Source of the DNA: Planctomycetota bacterium
GTDB lineage: Bacteria; Planctomycetota; Brocadiia; JAADGH01
NCBI GenBank assembly: GCA_040755855.1
Contig: JBFMAD010000008.1
Coordinates: 64,001 to 128,000 of the forward strand
DNA: 64,000 bases
Direction: 5' to 3'
In this document: positions 26,814 to 37,028 of the stretch, piece after piece
Layout: every line of letters starts with the position of its first letter
Numbering within the stretch: the stretch's first letter is position 1
Position numbers and translations under genes: made by a program
The notes under the pieces: generated by a model
The model's database searches: none
Told to the model about the DNA's origin: nothing
Seen by the model: the letters and a program-made list of their open reading frames with translations, nothing else

Positions 26814-27875
26814 ATGAAATTCGCAATGACGAAAAAAGAATTTCTGCCCCTGCTGAAGAAATTTCTCCTCACCCATGCGCCGGGGGGCCAGGAGGAGGAG
26901 ATGGATGAGGCCGTAAAGCCCGAATTGGAAAGGCTTTGCGACGAGGTATGGAAGGACGATTTCGGCAACATCGTCGGCTTTGTGAAGGGCGGCAAGGACG
27001 CGCCTCTGGCCGTGACGGCCCACAAGGACGAGGTTGCCATGATTGTGAAGCGGATCGAGGACGACGGCCGGCTGCGCGTGGAGAATATGGGCGGGGCATA
27101 CCCATGGAAGTACGGCGAGGGTCCGATGCATGTGCTTGGGAGACGCAAGATGATTGACGCCGTGCTGTCGGTCGGCTGCGCTCACACCTCGGCCGAGACG
27201 AGCGCGATGCAGCAGGCGCGCTCGGCCCCGCTCCCGTGGGAGGCGCTGCGAATTGACGCAAAAATGAAAAAGGCGGATTTGGAGAAGGCGGGGGTCGGCC
27301 CCGGGACGAGGGTGGTCGTGCATCGGTCGCGCAAGGAACCGATGCAAATCGGCGACTGCATCTGCGGCTGGGGCCTCGACGACAAGGGCGCCGTGGCGAT
27401 CCTGATCGCGGCGCTGCATGAGTTCAGGAAGCGCGGCCTCAAACCGAACGGCGACGTCTACTTCGGCGCAACGGCCTACGAGGAGGGCGGCGCGGCGGCA
27501 GGATCGTACCTCGCCCGCGAGCTGAAGATCGCCACCCTCATCGCGTTGGAGATCGGTCCTGCGGAAAAGGAGTACGACACAAGCAACTGCGAGAAGCCGA
27601 TAGTTCTCTACCGGGACTCGGGGCATCTCTACGACAGGGACCTGGCCGACGAGCTGTGCGACATCGCCGGGGACCTGGGCTTCCGCGCGCAGCCGGCCAC
27701 GGTGACCAGCTTCGGGAGCGAGGCGTCGTACGCCAAGAAATACGGCCAGGTCGGGCGGGCCGGCTGCATCGGCTTCCCGGTTCAGAACTCGCACGGCTAC
27801 GAGATGGCCCACGTTGACGGCATGATCAACAGCGCGCGGCTCTTGGCCGAGTATCTGGTCAGACATTCATCGTAA
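26814..27875 (+). CDS. M42-family metallopeptidase
   Basis: TAHKDE, LDDKG, YEEGG, ALEIG, NSHGYE metal-binding pattern. Confidence 0.85.
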   Translation: MKFAMTKKEFLPLLKKFLLTHAPGGQEEEMDEAVKPELERLCDEVWKDDFGNIVGFVKGGKDAPLAVTAHKDEVAMIVKRIEDDGRLRVENMGGAYPWKYGEGPMHVLGRRKMIDAVLSVGCAHTSAETSAMQQARSAPLPWEALRIDAKMKKADLEKAGVGPGTRVVVHRSRKEPMQIGDCICGWGLDDKGAVAILIAALHEFRKRGLKPNGDVYFGATAYEEGGAAAGSYLARELKIATLIALEIGPAEKEYDTSNCEKPIVLYRDSGHLYDRDLADELCDIAGDLGFRAQPATVTSFGSEASYAKKYGQVGRAGCIGFPVQNSHGYEMAHVDGMINSARLLAEYLVRHSS

Positions 27876-27901
27876 TCGCTCTCTGCGGTGAGGAGAAACC
27901 C

Positions 27902-29137
27902 ATGGCGAAACTGGCGATCAACGGCGGCCCGAAGGCGGCCGAGGCGCTCAATGTTCCTGCGTGGCCGATGGTCACGAAGCGCGACGAGGAGGCCGTCCTC
28001 GAAGCTGTCCGGAGCGGAAAATGGTGCCGCATCTATCCCGGTTCGCGGGTGGAGAAATTTGAAAAGGCCTACGCCGAGTTTCACGACGCCAAGCACGCCA
28101 TTGCTGTGTCGAACGGGACGGTCGCCATCGAGCTGGCGCTGCTCACCGCCGGCGTGCGGCCGGGCGATCACGTCATGGTCCCGGCCGTCACGTTTATCGC
28201 CAGCGCCAGCGCGATTGTGCGCGTCGGCGCCGCGCCGATCTTTGTTGATTCAGACCCGGATACGGCGCAGATCAACCCGAAGGCCGTCAAGGCGGCGATC
28301 ACCCCGAGGACGAAGGCCATAGTCGGCGTGCACTACGGGGGCTATCCGATTGATTTTGATGCGATTCTTCCCATTTGCGAAAAACGCGGGATAGCGCTCA
28401 TCGAAGACTGCGCCCACGCCCAGGGCACGGAATGGAAGGAGCGCAAGGTCGGAGCGATCGGCAGACTGGGGAGCTTCTCGTTTCAGGCGAGCAAGGCGCT
28501 CTCGGGCGGGGAGGGCGGCGTCGTACTCACCGACGACGCCGAGCTGGCCGAGAAGGCGCGGCTGCTCCACAACATCGGGCGGGTGGTCGGAAAGCCGGGG
28601 TACGAGCACTACGTCAACGCGAGCAACTACCGGATGAGCGAGCTGCACGGCGCGCTCCTGCTCTCGCAGTTGGAGCGGCTGCCCGAACAGACGAACCACA
28701 AGCACGAGCAGGGCGAGTTCCTTGCGAGGGAGCTCGCCAAGATCGGCGGCGTTGATCCGATGAAGCGCGACAAGCGCATCACCAGGCGCGGATACTACTT
28801 CTTCATCCTCAAGTACGACGCCAGGCAGTTCAAGGAACTGCCGCGCAACAAGTTCATCGCGGCGCTCAACGCCGAAGGGGTCCCGTGCCATGCGGCCTAT
28901 ATGATGCCGCTCTACAAGCAGCCCGCGTTTGTGACCGATAACGTGCGGCCGTTCCTGTCGAAAGACTGCGAGCCGTTGCCGGAGTTCGAGAAGCTGAATC
29001 TGCCCGTGGCCGAGAAATTCTGCGCCGAGCAGCAGGTGACCATTCCTCACCCGGTCCTTCTCGCCGACCGTCGCGGCATCCAGTCGGTCATTGACGCCGT
29101 GGCGAAGATCAAAGAGAACGTGGATGAGTTGAGATAG
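27902..29137 (+). CDS. DegT/DnrJ/EryC1/StrS PLP-dependent aminotransferase
   Basis: SNGTVAI, IEDCAHAQG, FSFQASK..GGEGG, NYRMSE. Confidence 0.92.
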   Translation: MAKLAINGGPKAAEALNVPAWPMVTKRDEEAVLEAVRSGKWCRIYPGSRVEKFEKAYAEFHDAKHAIAVSNGTVAIELALLTAGVRPGDHVMVPAVTFIASASAIVRVGAAPIFVDSDPDTAQINPKAVKAAITPRTKAIVGVHYGGYPIDFDAILPICEKRGIALIEDCAHAQGTEWKERKVGAIGRLGSFSFQASKALSGGEGGVVLTDDAELAEKARLLHNIGRVVGKPGYEHYVNASNYRMSELHGALLLSQLERLPEQTNHKHEQGEFLARELAKIGGVDPMKRDKRITRRGYYFFILKYDARQFKELPRNKFIAALNAEGVPCHAAYMMPLYKQPAFVTDNVRPFLSKDCEPLPEFEKLNLPVAEKFCAEQQVTIPHPVLLADRRGIQSVIDAVAKIKENVDELR

Positions 29138-29142
29138 GCGTC

Positions 29143-30495
29143 ATGCGCATCCTGCTTGTCTCCACCAACCGATGCCGCGCAATCACCCATCCTATGCCTA
29201 TCGGGATGCTGGTGGTGGCGGAGCGCATCGCCCGGAGCGGCCACGAGGTGGAGCTCCTCGATCTCATGTTCGCCGACGATCCTGTCGCCGAGGCGAGAGC
29301 GATAGTTCGGAAATTCCGGCCCGAACTCGTTGGCATATCGGTCCGAAACATTGACAATCAGGATGCGCGCAGCACGGCGGCATATCTTCCCGAACTGAAG
29401 CAGATCGTTGAGGTGATAAAAAGCGAGACCGACGCAAAGGTCGTCCTCGGCGGCACGGCCTTCAGCACCCTGCCCCGGGAGACGCTCGAATACGCGGGGG
29501 CCGACCTCGGCATTGTCGGCGAGGCCGAGGCGCAGTTCGCCGAACTCGCCGATCGCATTGCGGCTGGCCAGACTCATGACGACCTTCCCGGCCTGGTCCA
29601 TCGCAAGGACGGCGAGATCGTCGTCAACGACTGGACCTTCCCCGATCTGACGGACTTCACCGACCCGCACCTCGACGCCGTGGACTTTGCGCGATATATG
29701 GCCTTCGGCTCGACGGCGGCGGTGGTGAAGAAGCTCGGCTGCCCATTCCGATGCAGCTACTGCGACGGGAGATATCGCATGGGGGCAAAGGCGCGGCTGC
29801 GTCCGCCACAGAAGATCGTGGACGACCTTGTGATGGTCCAGGAGCGTCACGGCATCCGCGACGTCTTCATCATTGACCCGCATTTCAACGTCCCGCTCGC
29901 CCACGCGAAGGCCCTCTGCCGGGAAATCCTGCGGCGGAACGTCCGCGCCAGATGGCAGGGCACGCTACGGCCGGGCCGGCAGGTTGACGGGGAGCTGCTG
30001 CACCTCATGAAACGGGCCGGATGCCAGTTCGCCATAGTGAGTCCGGACTCCTGCTCCGAGAGGATGCTGAAGGAGTACAACAAATTATTCACAAAAGCGG
30101 AAGTTTACGAGACCTGCCGCCGCTTGCAGTCGGCGCGCCTGCCGTACATCATGTTCATCCTCTTCGGCGGTCCGGGAGAGACGCGCGAGACGGTGGAGGA
30201 AACGATGTCGTTCGTCCGGACGGTGAAGCCGAAGTTCGTTGACTTCGCCGTCGGCATCCGCATCATGCCGGACACGCCTCTCGCCGAGCGGGCCGTCAGG
30301 GAAGGAATCATCACGAGCCAGTCCGACCTCATCGAGCCGACATTCTATATCTCCCCCGCCATTGACGACTGGATAGACGACCGCATCCGCAGGGAATGGC
30401 GCCGCCATCCCGAATGGATCGCCAACGCCCTCCTCATGAAAGCGAAGCAGTGGGTGAAACGGCTGCGGTGGAGATTCCACGCGCATCGAGGCTGA
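29143..30495 (+). CDS. B12-binding domain radical SAM protein
   Basis: N-terminal cobalamin-binding-like domain (GISVRNID); GCPFRCSYC; LFGGPGET. Confidence 0.9.
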   Translation: MRILLVSTNRCRAITHPMPIGMLVVAERIARSGHEVELLDLMFADDPVAEARAIVRKFRPELVGISVRNIDNQDARSTAAYLPELKQIVEVIKSETDAKVVLGGTAFSTLPRETLEYAGADLGIVGEAEAQFAELADRIAAGQTHDDLPGLVHRKDGEIVVNDWTFPDLTDFTDPHLDAVDFARYMAFGSTAAVVKKLGCPFRCSYCDGRYRMGAKARLRPPQKIVDDLVMVQERHGIRDVFIIDPHFNVPLAHAKALCREILRRNVRARWQGTLRPGRQVDGELLHLMKRAGCQFAIVSPDSCSERMLKEYNKLFTKAEVYETCRRLQSARLPYIMFILFGGPGETRETVEETMSFVRTVKPKFVDFAVGIRIMPDTPLAERAVREGIITSQSDLIEPTFYISPAIDDWIDDRIRREWRRHPEWIANALLMKAKQWVKRLRWRFHAHRG

Positions 30496-30515
30496 GGACG
30501 GGAATTTCACAAGGT

Positions 30516-31160
30516 CTACTTTTTCGGCAGCGGGTGGACCTCGTCCAGGGACTCGCGCAGCATCTTGGCCCACCGAAGAAGTGCGCCCTTGGTATGGCCG
30601 TAGTCGGACCAACCGCGAAAGGCGTCTTTCATGCTCCACCAGGACGCCTTCCGTGAGTCCACCACGGCGGCCAGTCGCGTGTTGGTCGTCGAGTCCAGGA
30701 ACTCGCATTCCATGCTTGCCCCGCCCAGGTCCACCGCCACAGGGAACATGGCGGCGGCGCTGACGAGGATGTTGACCTTCGAGCGCGTGGGGATGATGTC
30801 CGTGATCGCGGCGCGGATGCGGAGGACGTCCGGCCCGGCTTCTCCCGTGACGGGGTACTTGTCGGCCACAGCGTCCACGGCCGCCTGGCGAAAGTATTCC
30901 GCCAGCTTCTTCATTTCCGCGGGGTCAAGGTCACGCTCTTTGGCGTCCGGGTTGGGGTAGACCTCCGGGACGTCAATCCAGAGCTTGGTGTATCGGCGCC
31001 ACTCGACGTTGGGCTTTTCCCAATACAGGATGCTCGGTTCCTTGGGGTCGGGTTGCAGGGCGGAATAGTCGCCGAGAAAACCGGAGAACTTCGGCGGCTT
31101 GGAGGCGCAGCCCGCCATCAGCAAGAGGACGACCGCCATCGCCAGGCCGTTATACACCAT
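30516..31160 (-). CDS. DUF3313-family lipoprotein
   Basis: Lipobox MAGC; SGFLGDYSAL; VLRIRAAITD; E.EFLDS.T..RLAAVVD. Confidence 0.8.
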   Translation of the reverse strand: MVYNGLAMAVVLLLMAGCASKPPKFSGFLGDYSALQPDPKEPSILYWEKPNVEWRRYTKLWIDVPEVYPNPDAKERDLDPAEMKKLAEYFRQAAVDAVADKYPVTGEAGPDVLRIRAAITDIIPTRSKVNILVSAAAMFPVAVDLGGASMECEFLDSTTNTRLAAVVDSRKASWWSMKDAFRGWSDYGHTKGALLRWAKMLRESLDEVHPLPKK

Positions 31161-31308
31161 TGATACCTCCTTTGTGCGGGCAAGTCTCACCTGTTCACAC
31201 ACGATTCCCTCCTTGTGATTATGATCCATCCTGCGAATCAAAAAGTGGCAGGTGGCAGGCGTCGGTTTGACGGCCATCACCTACCACCTAACACCTGCCA
31301 CCTCGCAC

Positions 31309-32139
31309 CTATTCCGGCCATTCGCCCTGGAAAACCTCCGTCGCCGGGCCGGTCATGTAGATGCGGTCGTTGTCGGACCAGTTCAGTTCCAGGTCGCCGC
31401 CGGGGAGGTGGGCCAGAATCTTGCGGCCCGTCTTCTCGTTCAGGGCGCACGCCACGCACGTCGCCGTCGCGCCTGTGCCGCAGGCGAGGGTGATGCCCGA
31501 CCCGCGCTCCCACGTGCGCATCTTTATCTCGGCCTTGCCGAGGACCTGGACGAAATGGACGTTGATTCGCTTCGGGAAGACCTTGTGGTTCTCGATCTTC
31601 GGGCCGACCTGCTCCAGATGAACCGCATCGACGTCATCCACGAAGATCATGCAGTGCGGATTGCCGACGTTCACGCAGGTGATCCGATAGGTCGCCCCGT
31701 CCACGACAAGCGGCTCGTCAACGACCCGGCCCTGGGGACCGGTCATGGGGATGTCCGCGCGGTTCAGCCGCGGGGCGCCCATGTCAACCGTCGCCTTCTC
31801 GACGCGATTGTTTTTCACAATCAGGTCAATCGTCTTCACGCCGGCAAGCGTCTCGACCTTCATGGGATTTTTTTTGGAGATGCCGCGCTCATAGGCGAAC
31901 TTGGCCACGCACCGGATGCCGTTGCCGCACATCTCCGCCTCCGACCCGTCGGCGTTGAGGATGCGCATCTTGCAGTCGGCCACATCCGACGGGCAGACCA
32001 TGATCAGCCCATCGCCGCCGATGCCGAAGTGCCGGTCGCTCACGGCAACGGCAAGCTTCGCCGGGTCGGCGATGGTCTCCTCAAAACAATTCACATAGAC
32101 GTAATCGTTGCCGATGCCGTGCATCTTGGTGAACTTCAT
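31309..32139 (-). CDS. dapF: Diaminopimelate epimerase
   Basis: FTKMHGIGNDY; EMCGNGIRC; GNPH; ERGSGITLACGTG. Confidence 0.97.
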   Translation of the reverse strand: MKFTKMHGIGNDYVYVNCFEETIADPAKLAVAVSDRHFGIGGDGLIMVCPSDVADCKMRILNADGSEAEMCGNGIRCVAKFAYERGISKKNPMKVETLAGVKTIDLIVKNNRVEKATVDMGAPRLNRADIPMTGPQGRVVDEPLVVDGATYRITCVNVGNPHCMIFVDDVDAVHLEQVGPKIENHKVFPKRINVHFVQVLGKAEIKMRTWERGSGITLACGTGATATCVACALNEKTGRKILAHLPGGDLELNWSDNDRIYMTGPATEVFQGEWPE

Positions 32140-34295
32140 GGCTTCGCTCCGTCGCCGCTGATGACGATCTCGCCGAGGTCGGCGATGTGCTTCGCATACA
32201 GCTCGTTGATTTCCTTGACCATGCGGATGCGGTTCTTTTTCACTTTCTCGTTTTCCACGTTCACGAAAACCTTGTCGAAGAACTCATGAACGGCCTTGGA
32301 GAAGGCTGCGCAGTATTTTGCTGACGCCTCGTCATAACTACTTGTTCGGATTAAGCTAAGGATGTCTTCCCTGTTGCTCTTGAAGCACTGCCAAAGCGCC
32401 CGCTCCTCGTTCTGCTCGAAGAGCGACTCGTCCACCGCCTCCGCCGCTTCGCCGATCTTGGCCACGTTGCCGCAACGCTGCACGAGAAACACAAGGTCGC
32501 CCCACCGCTCGCTCTGCGATTCCTTGATGATGATATGCAGCCGATAGAAGAAATCCCGAACCTCATCGAAGTCGGCTTTGAGAACCGCTTTCACGATATC
32601 ATGCCGGACGCCCTCGTCGATGCAAATCTGGTATACACGATCTGCAAAAAAGGACAGGAGCGCGTTCTCCACATTCTCCTTATCATTCACATCGAAGTTG
32701 GCAATAGCTGCCCCGATTAGCTTTCTGAGGCTAAAGGTCACAAAAGGAACCTGCGAGACGTTCAGCATAGCCACAAGTTCCTCGGACTTCGCAACGGACA
32801 ATGCCGCCAACGCCTGACGGCGTAGGGCAAATGGGTCTTGCGAACCAGACGGTCTCTTTCCCACAGAAAAACAAGCGGCCAGACTGTCGAGTTTGTCTGC
32901 AAGACTTAAGATGTAGCCTGTCAGGACCTCCGGGAAACGGTCACCCATTGATCTCGGACGGTAATGCCCACGAATGCCCTTCCATATCTCTTCCGGCATC
33001 CCTTCCTCACGAGCGTATTCCCCGCCCATGATCCCCTGTAACGAGGGAAACTCCTTGACCATCTGGGTGACGAGATCACATTTACACAACCGCGCGGCGA
33101 TTCCAACTTGGTCAAGGTGGTGTGGCTGTGCGCCAAGTCCATTGGCAATATGTCGGGCCAAATTCTCAAGTCTCTTTGCCTTGTGATAATAGCTGGATTG
33201 TTCGCCGAGATCGCCAAGGAACTGGACGTCCTTCAGGGCATCGAGCCGGTCTTCGAGCTTCGTCTTCCGATCCTCGTCCCAGAAGAACCGCGCGTCGGCT
33301 AAGCGGGCGCGGAGGACGCGCTCGTTGCCGGCGCGGATGAGGTCTTCATGCCCTGCCCCGCGGTTCGCGACGGTGATGAACCGCGCCTCGAGTTTGCCGT
33401 CGGCGTTGCGCACGGGGAAGTAGCGCTGGTGCCCCATCATCGCCGCCTCGGTCACGGCGTCGGGGATTGCGAGGTATTCCTCGTCGAACGTTCCCTCCAT
33501 AGCCGATGGGTACTCCACAAGATTCATCACCTCGTCCAACAGGTCCTCGTGCTGGCATTCCTTTCGCCCATACCGGGCGAGGATCGTCTCGATCTGCGAG
33601 CGGATCATGGCCTTGCGCTCATCCATGTCCACGATGACGCACGCCTTCCGCAGCGCGTCCTTGTAGGCCTCGAAGTCGGCCGAGGCCAGCTCGATCTTGC
33701 CGGGGGCGAGGAAGGGATGGCCGTTCACGTCCCTGCCGCTCTCCACCCCGGCCACGGCGAACTTCACCACGTCGCTGCCCAGCAAGGCGGCAATCGTGCG
33801 GATGGGCCGGGCGAACGTGAACGTCCCGCCCTTCTCCTTGCTTCGCGGCGTCCAGACCATGGACTTCGGAAAGCCGATCTTGCCGATCATCTCGGGCAGG
33901 ATGCCTCGTAGGATTTCGACGGCCGATTTGCCCTTGACCTTCTTGACGGCGTAGCAGTAGGGACCCTTTTTCGTCTCTCGAACTTCGATTTGGTCCACGG
34001 GGATGCCCTGGCCCCTGGCGAATCCTTCGGCGGCCTTGGTTGGCTTCCCGTCGGGGCCGAAGGCCACCTTCGCCGGCGGGCCGGAGACCTCCTCGACGCG
34101 ATCCGGTTGGCGATCGGGGATGCCGGCCGCCCAGAGGACGAGCCGCCGCGGCGTGCCCGTCGCGCGGACCTCGCCCACGGCGACAGATGCACTTTTCAGC
34201 GCGTCGGCGAAGAGCGCCTTCATCTGTGTGAGCGCCGGCTCGATATACCCCGCCGGCACCTCTTCCGTTCCGATTTCCAATAGAAAGTCAGGCAT
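32136..34295 (-). CDS. glyS: Glycine--tRNA ligase beta subunit
   Basis: FLLEIGTEEVP; TPRRL; FARPIR; HQRYFP; GNERVLRARLADARFF; GSQDPFALRRQA. Confidence 0.95.
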   Translation of the reverse strand: MPDFLLEIGTEEVPAGYIEPALTQMKALFADALKSASVAVGEVRATGTPRRLVLWAAGIPDRQPDRVEEVSGPPAKVAFGPDGKPTKAAEGFARGQGIPVDQIEVRETKKGPYCYAVKKVKGKSAVEILRGILPEMIGKIGFPKSMVWTPRSKEKGGTFTFARPIRTIAALLGSDVVKFAVAGVESGRDVNGHPFLAPGKIELASADFEAYKDALRKACVIVDMDERKAMIRSQIETILARYGRKECQHEDLLDEVMNLVEYPSAMEGTFDEEYLAIPDAVTEAAMMGHQRYFPVRNADGKLEARFITVANRGAGHEDLIRAGNERVLRARLADARFFWDEDRKTKLEDRLDALKDVQFLGDLGEQSSYYHKAKRLENLARHIANGLGAQPHHLDQVGIAARLCKCDLVTQMVKEFPSLQGIMGGEYAREEGMPEEIWKGIRGHYRPRSMGDRFPEVLTGYILSLADKLDSLAACFSVGKRPSGSQDPFALRRQALAALSVAKSEELVAMLNVSQVPFVTFSLRKLIGAAIANFDVNDKENVENALLSFFADRVYQICIDEGVRHDIVKAVLKADFDEVRDFFYRLHIIIKESQSERWGDLVFLVQRCGNVAKIGEAAEAVDESLFEQNEERALWQCFKSNREDILSLIRTSSYDEASAKYCAAFSKAVHEFFDKVFVNVENEKVKKNRIRMVKEINELYAKHIADLGEIVISGDGAKP

Positions 34296-34325
34296 GATCT
34301 TCCTCTCCGTCTCGGAAAGTATTAC

Positions 34326-34354
34326 AAATTACCAAAGCCTCCGCGCGGAGTCAA
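34326..34354 (-). promoter_or_regulatory. Putative sigma70 promoter for glyS-dapF
   Basis: TTGACT-N17-TAATTT with extended -10 TG, minus strand. Confidence 0.5.
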
Positions 34355-34414
34355 CGCTTTTCGCTGCATTGCACCTGTGATGGAAGGCATTGCGCTTGTA
34401 AGGGCCGCCACACG

Positions 34415-34440
34415 TGGATTCCCGCTTTCGCGGGAATGAC
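34415..34440. repeat. Single REP unit, family C
   Basis: TGGATTCCCGCTTTCGCGGGAATGAC. Confidence 0.85.
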
Positions 34441-34493
34441 GGGATGCCTGCCTCCAATGAACTCACTGAGGTATACCAGATCGAAAAAACCTC

Positions 34494-34522
34494 TTGTGCT
34501 CCGGTAAGGGATTTGGTAGGTT
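34494..34522 (+). promoter_or_regulatory. Possible sigma70 promoter for dsrAB
   Basis: TTGTGC-N17-TAGGTT with extended -10 TG; weak match. Confidence 0.35.
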
Positions 34523-34616
34523 AATGGTTTCGTTTGTCTGAGCATGCGACGTGGGGCCGGGCGATAAGCATAGCACAACGAATCGAACGAATCGTAAGTA
34601 ATAGGAGGAGAAGAGG

Positions 34617-35834
34617 ATGGCCAAGGAGTCAGAAACTCCCCTGCTCGACGAACTCGAGAAGGGACCGTGGCCGAGCTTTGTCACGGACATGAAGCGCGCC
34701 GCCCAAAAGAGTCCCGCCGCCCGGGACCTCTTGCGGCAGCTCGAACAGTCCTACAAGGACAAGGTCGGCCACTGGAAGCACGGCGGCATCGTAGGCGTCA
34801 AGGGATACGGCGGCGGCGTGATCGGCCGCTACTCCGACAGTCCCGAGAAGTTCCCCGCCGTGCGGGAGTTCCACACCCTCCGCGTGAATCAGCCGAGCGG
34901 GTGGTTCTACACCACCGACGCCCTGCGGAAGCTGTGCGACGTGTGGGACAAGTACGGCAGCCAGCTGACCAACTTCCACGGCTCCACCGGCGACGTCATC
35001 CTCCTCGGCACCACAAGCGACTCGCTTCAGACATGCTTTGACGAACTTACCGCCATCGGCTTCGACCTCGGCGGGTCAGGCTCCGCGCTGCGGACGCCGA
35101 GCTGCTGCGTCGGCCCGGGGCGCTGCGAATGGTCCTGCATTGACACGCTGAACCTGTGCAACGACATCACGCATTCGTTTCAAGACGAGCTGCACCGGCC
35201 GATGTGGCCCTACAAATTCAAGATCAAGGTCTCCGGCTGCCCGAACGATTGCGTGGCGGCCATCGCCCGCGCCGACCTCTCGATCCTCGGCACGTGGCGC
35301 GATGACATCCGCATTGACCAGGAGGCCGTCGCCGAATACGCCGAAGCGGGCATGGATATCATGGAGGACGTCATCTTCAACTGCCCCACCAAGTGCATGA
35401 GATACGACAGCCAGAAGCGACGGATCACGATAGACAACAGCAACTGCAACCGCTGCATGCACTGCATCAATGTGATGACCAAGGCCCTCCGGCCCGGCAC
35501 GGAGCGGGGCGCGACGATCCTCATCGGCTCGAAGGCCCCCATCGTCCAGGGCGCGCTGATGTCGTGGGTGATCGTCCCCTTCATGGAAATGGAACCCCCA
35601 TACGAGGAATTGAAAGAACTCCTCGGAAAAATCTGGGAGTGGTGGGACGAGAACGCCAAGATGCGCGAGCGCATCGGCGAGCTCATCAACCGCCTCGGGA
35701 TGCGGGCTTTCCTGAAGGCGATCGAACTGCCGGCTGTGCCGCAGATGGTCAAGCACCCGCGCGAAAATCCGTTCTACTTCTGGGACCCCGAAGACGTCGA
35801 GAAATCTGTTCGAGAGCAGAAAGGAGGGAAGTAA
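34617..35834 (+). CDS. dsrA: Dissimilatory sulfite reductase alpha subunit
   Basis: [36 protein letters not shown]; siroheme-[4Fe-4S] Cys pattern CVGPGRC...[15 protein letters not shown]. Confidence 0.98.
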   Translation: MAKESETPLLDELEKGPWPSFVTDMKRAAQKSPAARDLLRQLEQSYKDKVGHWKHGGIVGVKGYGGGVIGRYSDSPEKFPAVREFHTLRVNQPSGWFYTTDALRKLCDVWDKYGSQLTNFHGSTGDVILLGTTSDSLQTCFDELTAIGFDLGGSGSALRTPSCCVGPGRCEWSCIDTLNLCNDITHSFQDELHRPMWPYKFKIKVSGCPNDCVAAIARADLSILGTWRDDIRIDQEAVAEYAEAGMDIMEDVIFNCPTKCMRYDSQKRRITIDNSNCNRCMHCINVMTKALRPGTERGATILIGSKAPIVQGALMSWVIVPFMEMEPPYEELKELLGKIWEWWDENAKMRERIGELINRLGMRAFLKAIELPAVPQMVKHPRENPFYFWDPEDVEKSVREQKGGK

Positions 35835-35835
35835 C

Positions 35836-36900
35836 ATGCCTACGGATATCGGCCCTCCCGATTACAACAATTTCCTCCCGCCGGTCATCAAGAAAAACTA
35901 CGGCCAATGGAAGTACCACGAAATCCTCGAACCCGGCGTGCTGAGGCACGTGGCCGAGAGCGGCGACGAACTCTACACCGTCCGCGCCGGGTCGGGGCGA
36001 CTGGTTAGCACAGACTACATCCGCGACGTATGCGAGATCGCCGACAAGTACTGCGGCGGCCACCTGCGCTTCACCAGCCGGCACAACATCGAGTTCCTCC
36101 TGACGGACAAGGGCAAGGTTGCGCCCCTGAAAAAGGAACTCCAGGAAAAGGGCTGGCCTGTGGGCGGCACCGGGCGCTCGATCACGAGCATCGTCCACAC
36201 CCAGGGATGGATTCACTGCCACACCCCGGCGACCGACGCATCGGGAATCGTCAAGGCCGTAATGGACGAGCTGTTCGACTACTTCGGCAGCATGACGCTG
36301 CCGAACCAACTGCGCATCGCCCTGGCGTGCTGCCTGAACATGTGCGGCGCGGTGCACTGCTCCGACATCGCCATCCTCGGCATCCACCGCCTGCCGCCGA
36401 AGGTGGACAGCGAGCGCGTGGGCAAGGTGTGCGAAGTGCCCTCCACCGTGGCCGCCTGCCCCACAGGCGCCATCCGCGGGAACATGAAGGAGAAGACCGT
36501 CCAGGTGAACAACGAACGGTGCATGTACTGCGGCAACTGCTACACCATGTGCCCGGCGATGCCGCTGGCCGATCCCGAGGGCGACGGCATCTCGATCTGG
36601 GTCGGCGGCAAGGTGTCGCACGCGCGCCACGAGCCGATGTTCAGCAAGCTGGTCGTCCCCTATCTGCCGAACACCCCGCCGCGCTGGCCGGAGACGGTCG
36701 AGGCGGTGAAGAAGATTGTCGAGGTCTATGCCAAAAACGCCCGAAAGTACGAGCGCGTCGGCGAGTGGTGTGAGCGGATCGGGTGGGAGAAGTTCTTCAG
36801 TCTGACAGGATTCCCCTTCCTGCCGCAGCACATTGACGACTTCACCGACGGCAAGGTGTCCAATTACAGCTTCCGGACGGCGGCGACGTTTAAGTTCTAA
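35836..36900 (+). CDS. dsrB: Dissimilatory sulfite reductase beta subunit
   Basis: [63 protein letters not shown]. Confidence 0.98.
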   Translation: MPTDIGPPDYNNFLPPVIKKNYGQWKYHEILEPGVLRHVAESGDELYTVRAGSGRLVSTDYIRDVCEIADKYCGGHLRFTSRHNIEFLLTDKGKVAPLKKELQEKGWPVGGTGRSITSIVHTQGWIHCHTPATDASGIVKAVMDELFDYFGSMTLPNQLRIALACCLNMCGAVHCSDIAILGIHRLPPKVDSERVGKVCEVPSTVAACPTGAIRGNMKEKTVQVNNERCMYCGNCYTMCPAMPLADPEGDGISIWVGGKVSHARHEPMFSKLVVPYLPNTPPRWPETVEAVKKIVEVYAKNARKYERVGEWCERIGWEKFFSLTGFPFLPQHIDDFTDGKVSNYSFRTAATFKF

Positions 36901-36925
36901 GTGCGAATTGAGACGTGCGGCAAGA

Positions 36926-36957
36926 TCGGGGGAAGGCGTCTGTGCGCCTTCCCCCGA
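36926..36957 (+). terminator. GC-rich hairpin after dsrB (terminator or stabiliser)
   Basis: TCGGGGGAAGGCG-N6-CGCCTTCCCCCGA, 13-bp stem, weak U tail. Confidence 0.55.
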
Positions 36958-36967
36958 GTGCTTTCGC

Positions 36968-36997
36968 TTGACGGGGGAGATGGGGGGCGGGTATACT
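36968..36997 (+). promoter_or_regulatory. Putative sigma70 promoter for dsrN
   Basis: TTGACG-N18-TATACT. Confidence 0.6.
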
Positions 36998-37028
36998 GTA
37001 TTTTTGACAGGCCTGATGGGCTTTACAC

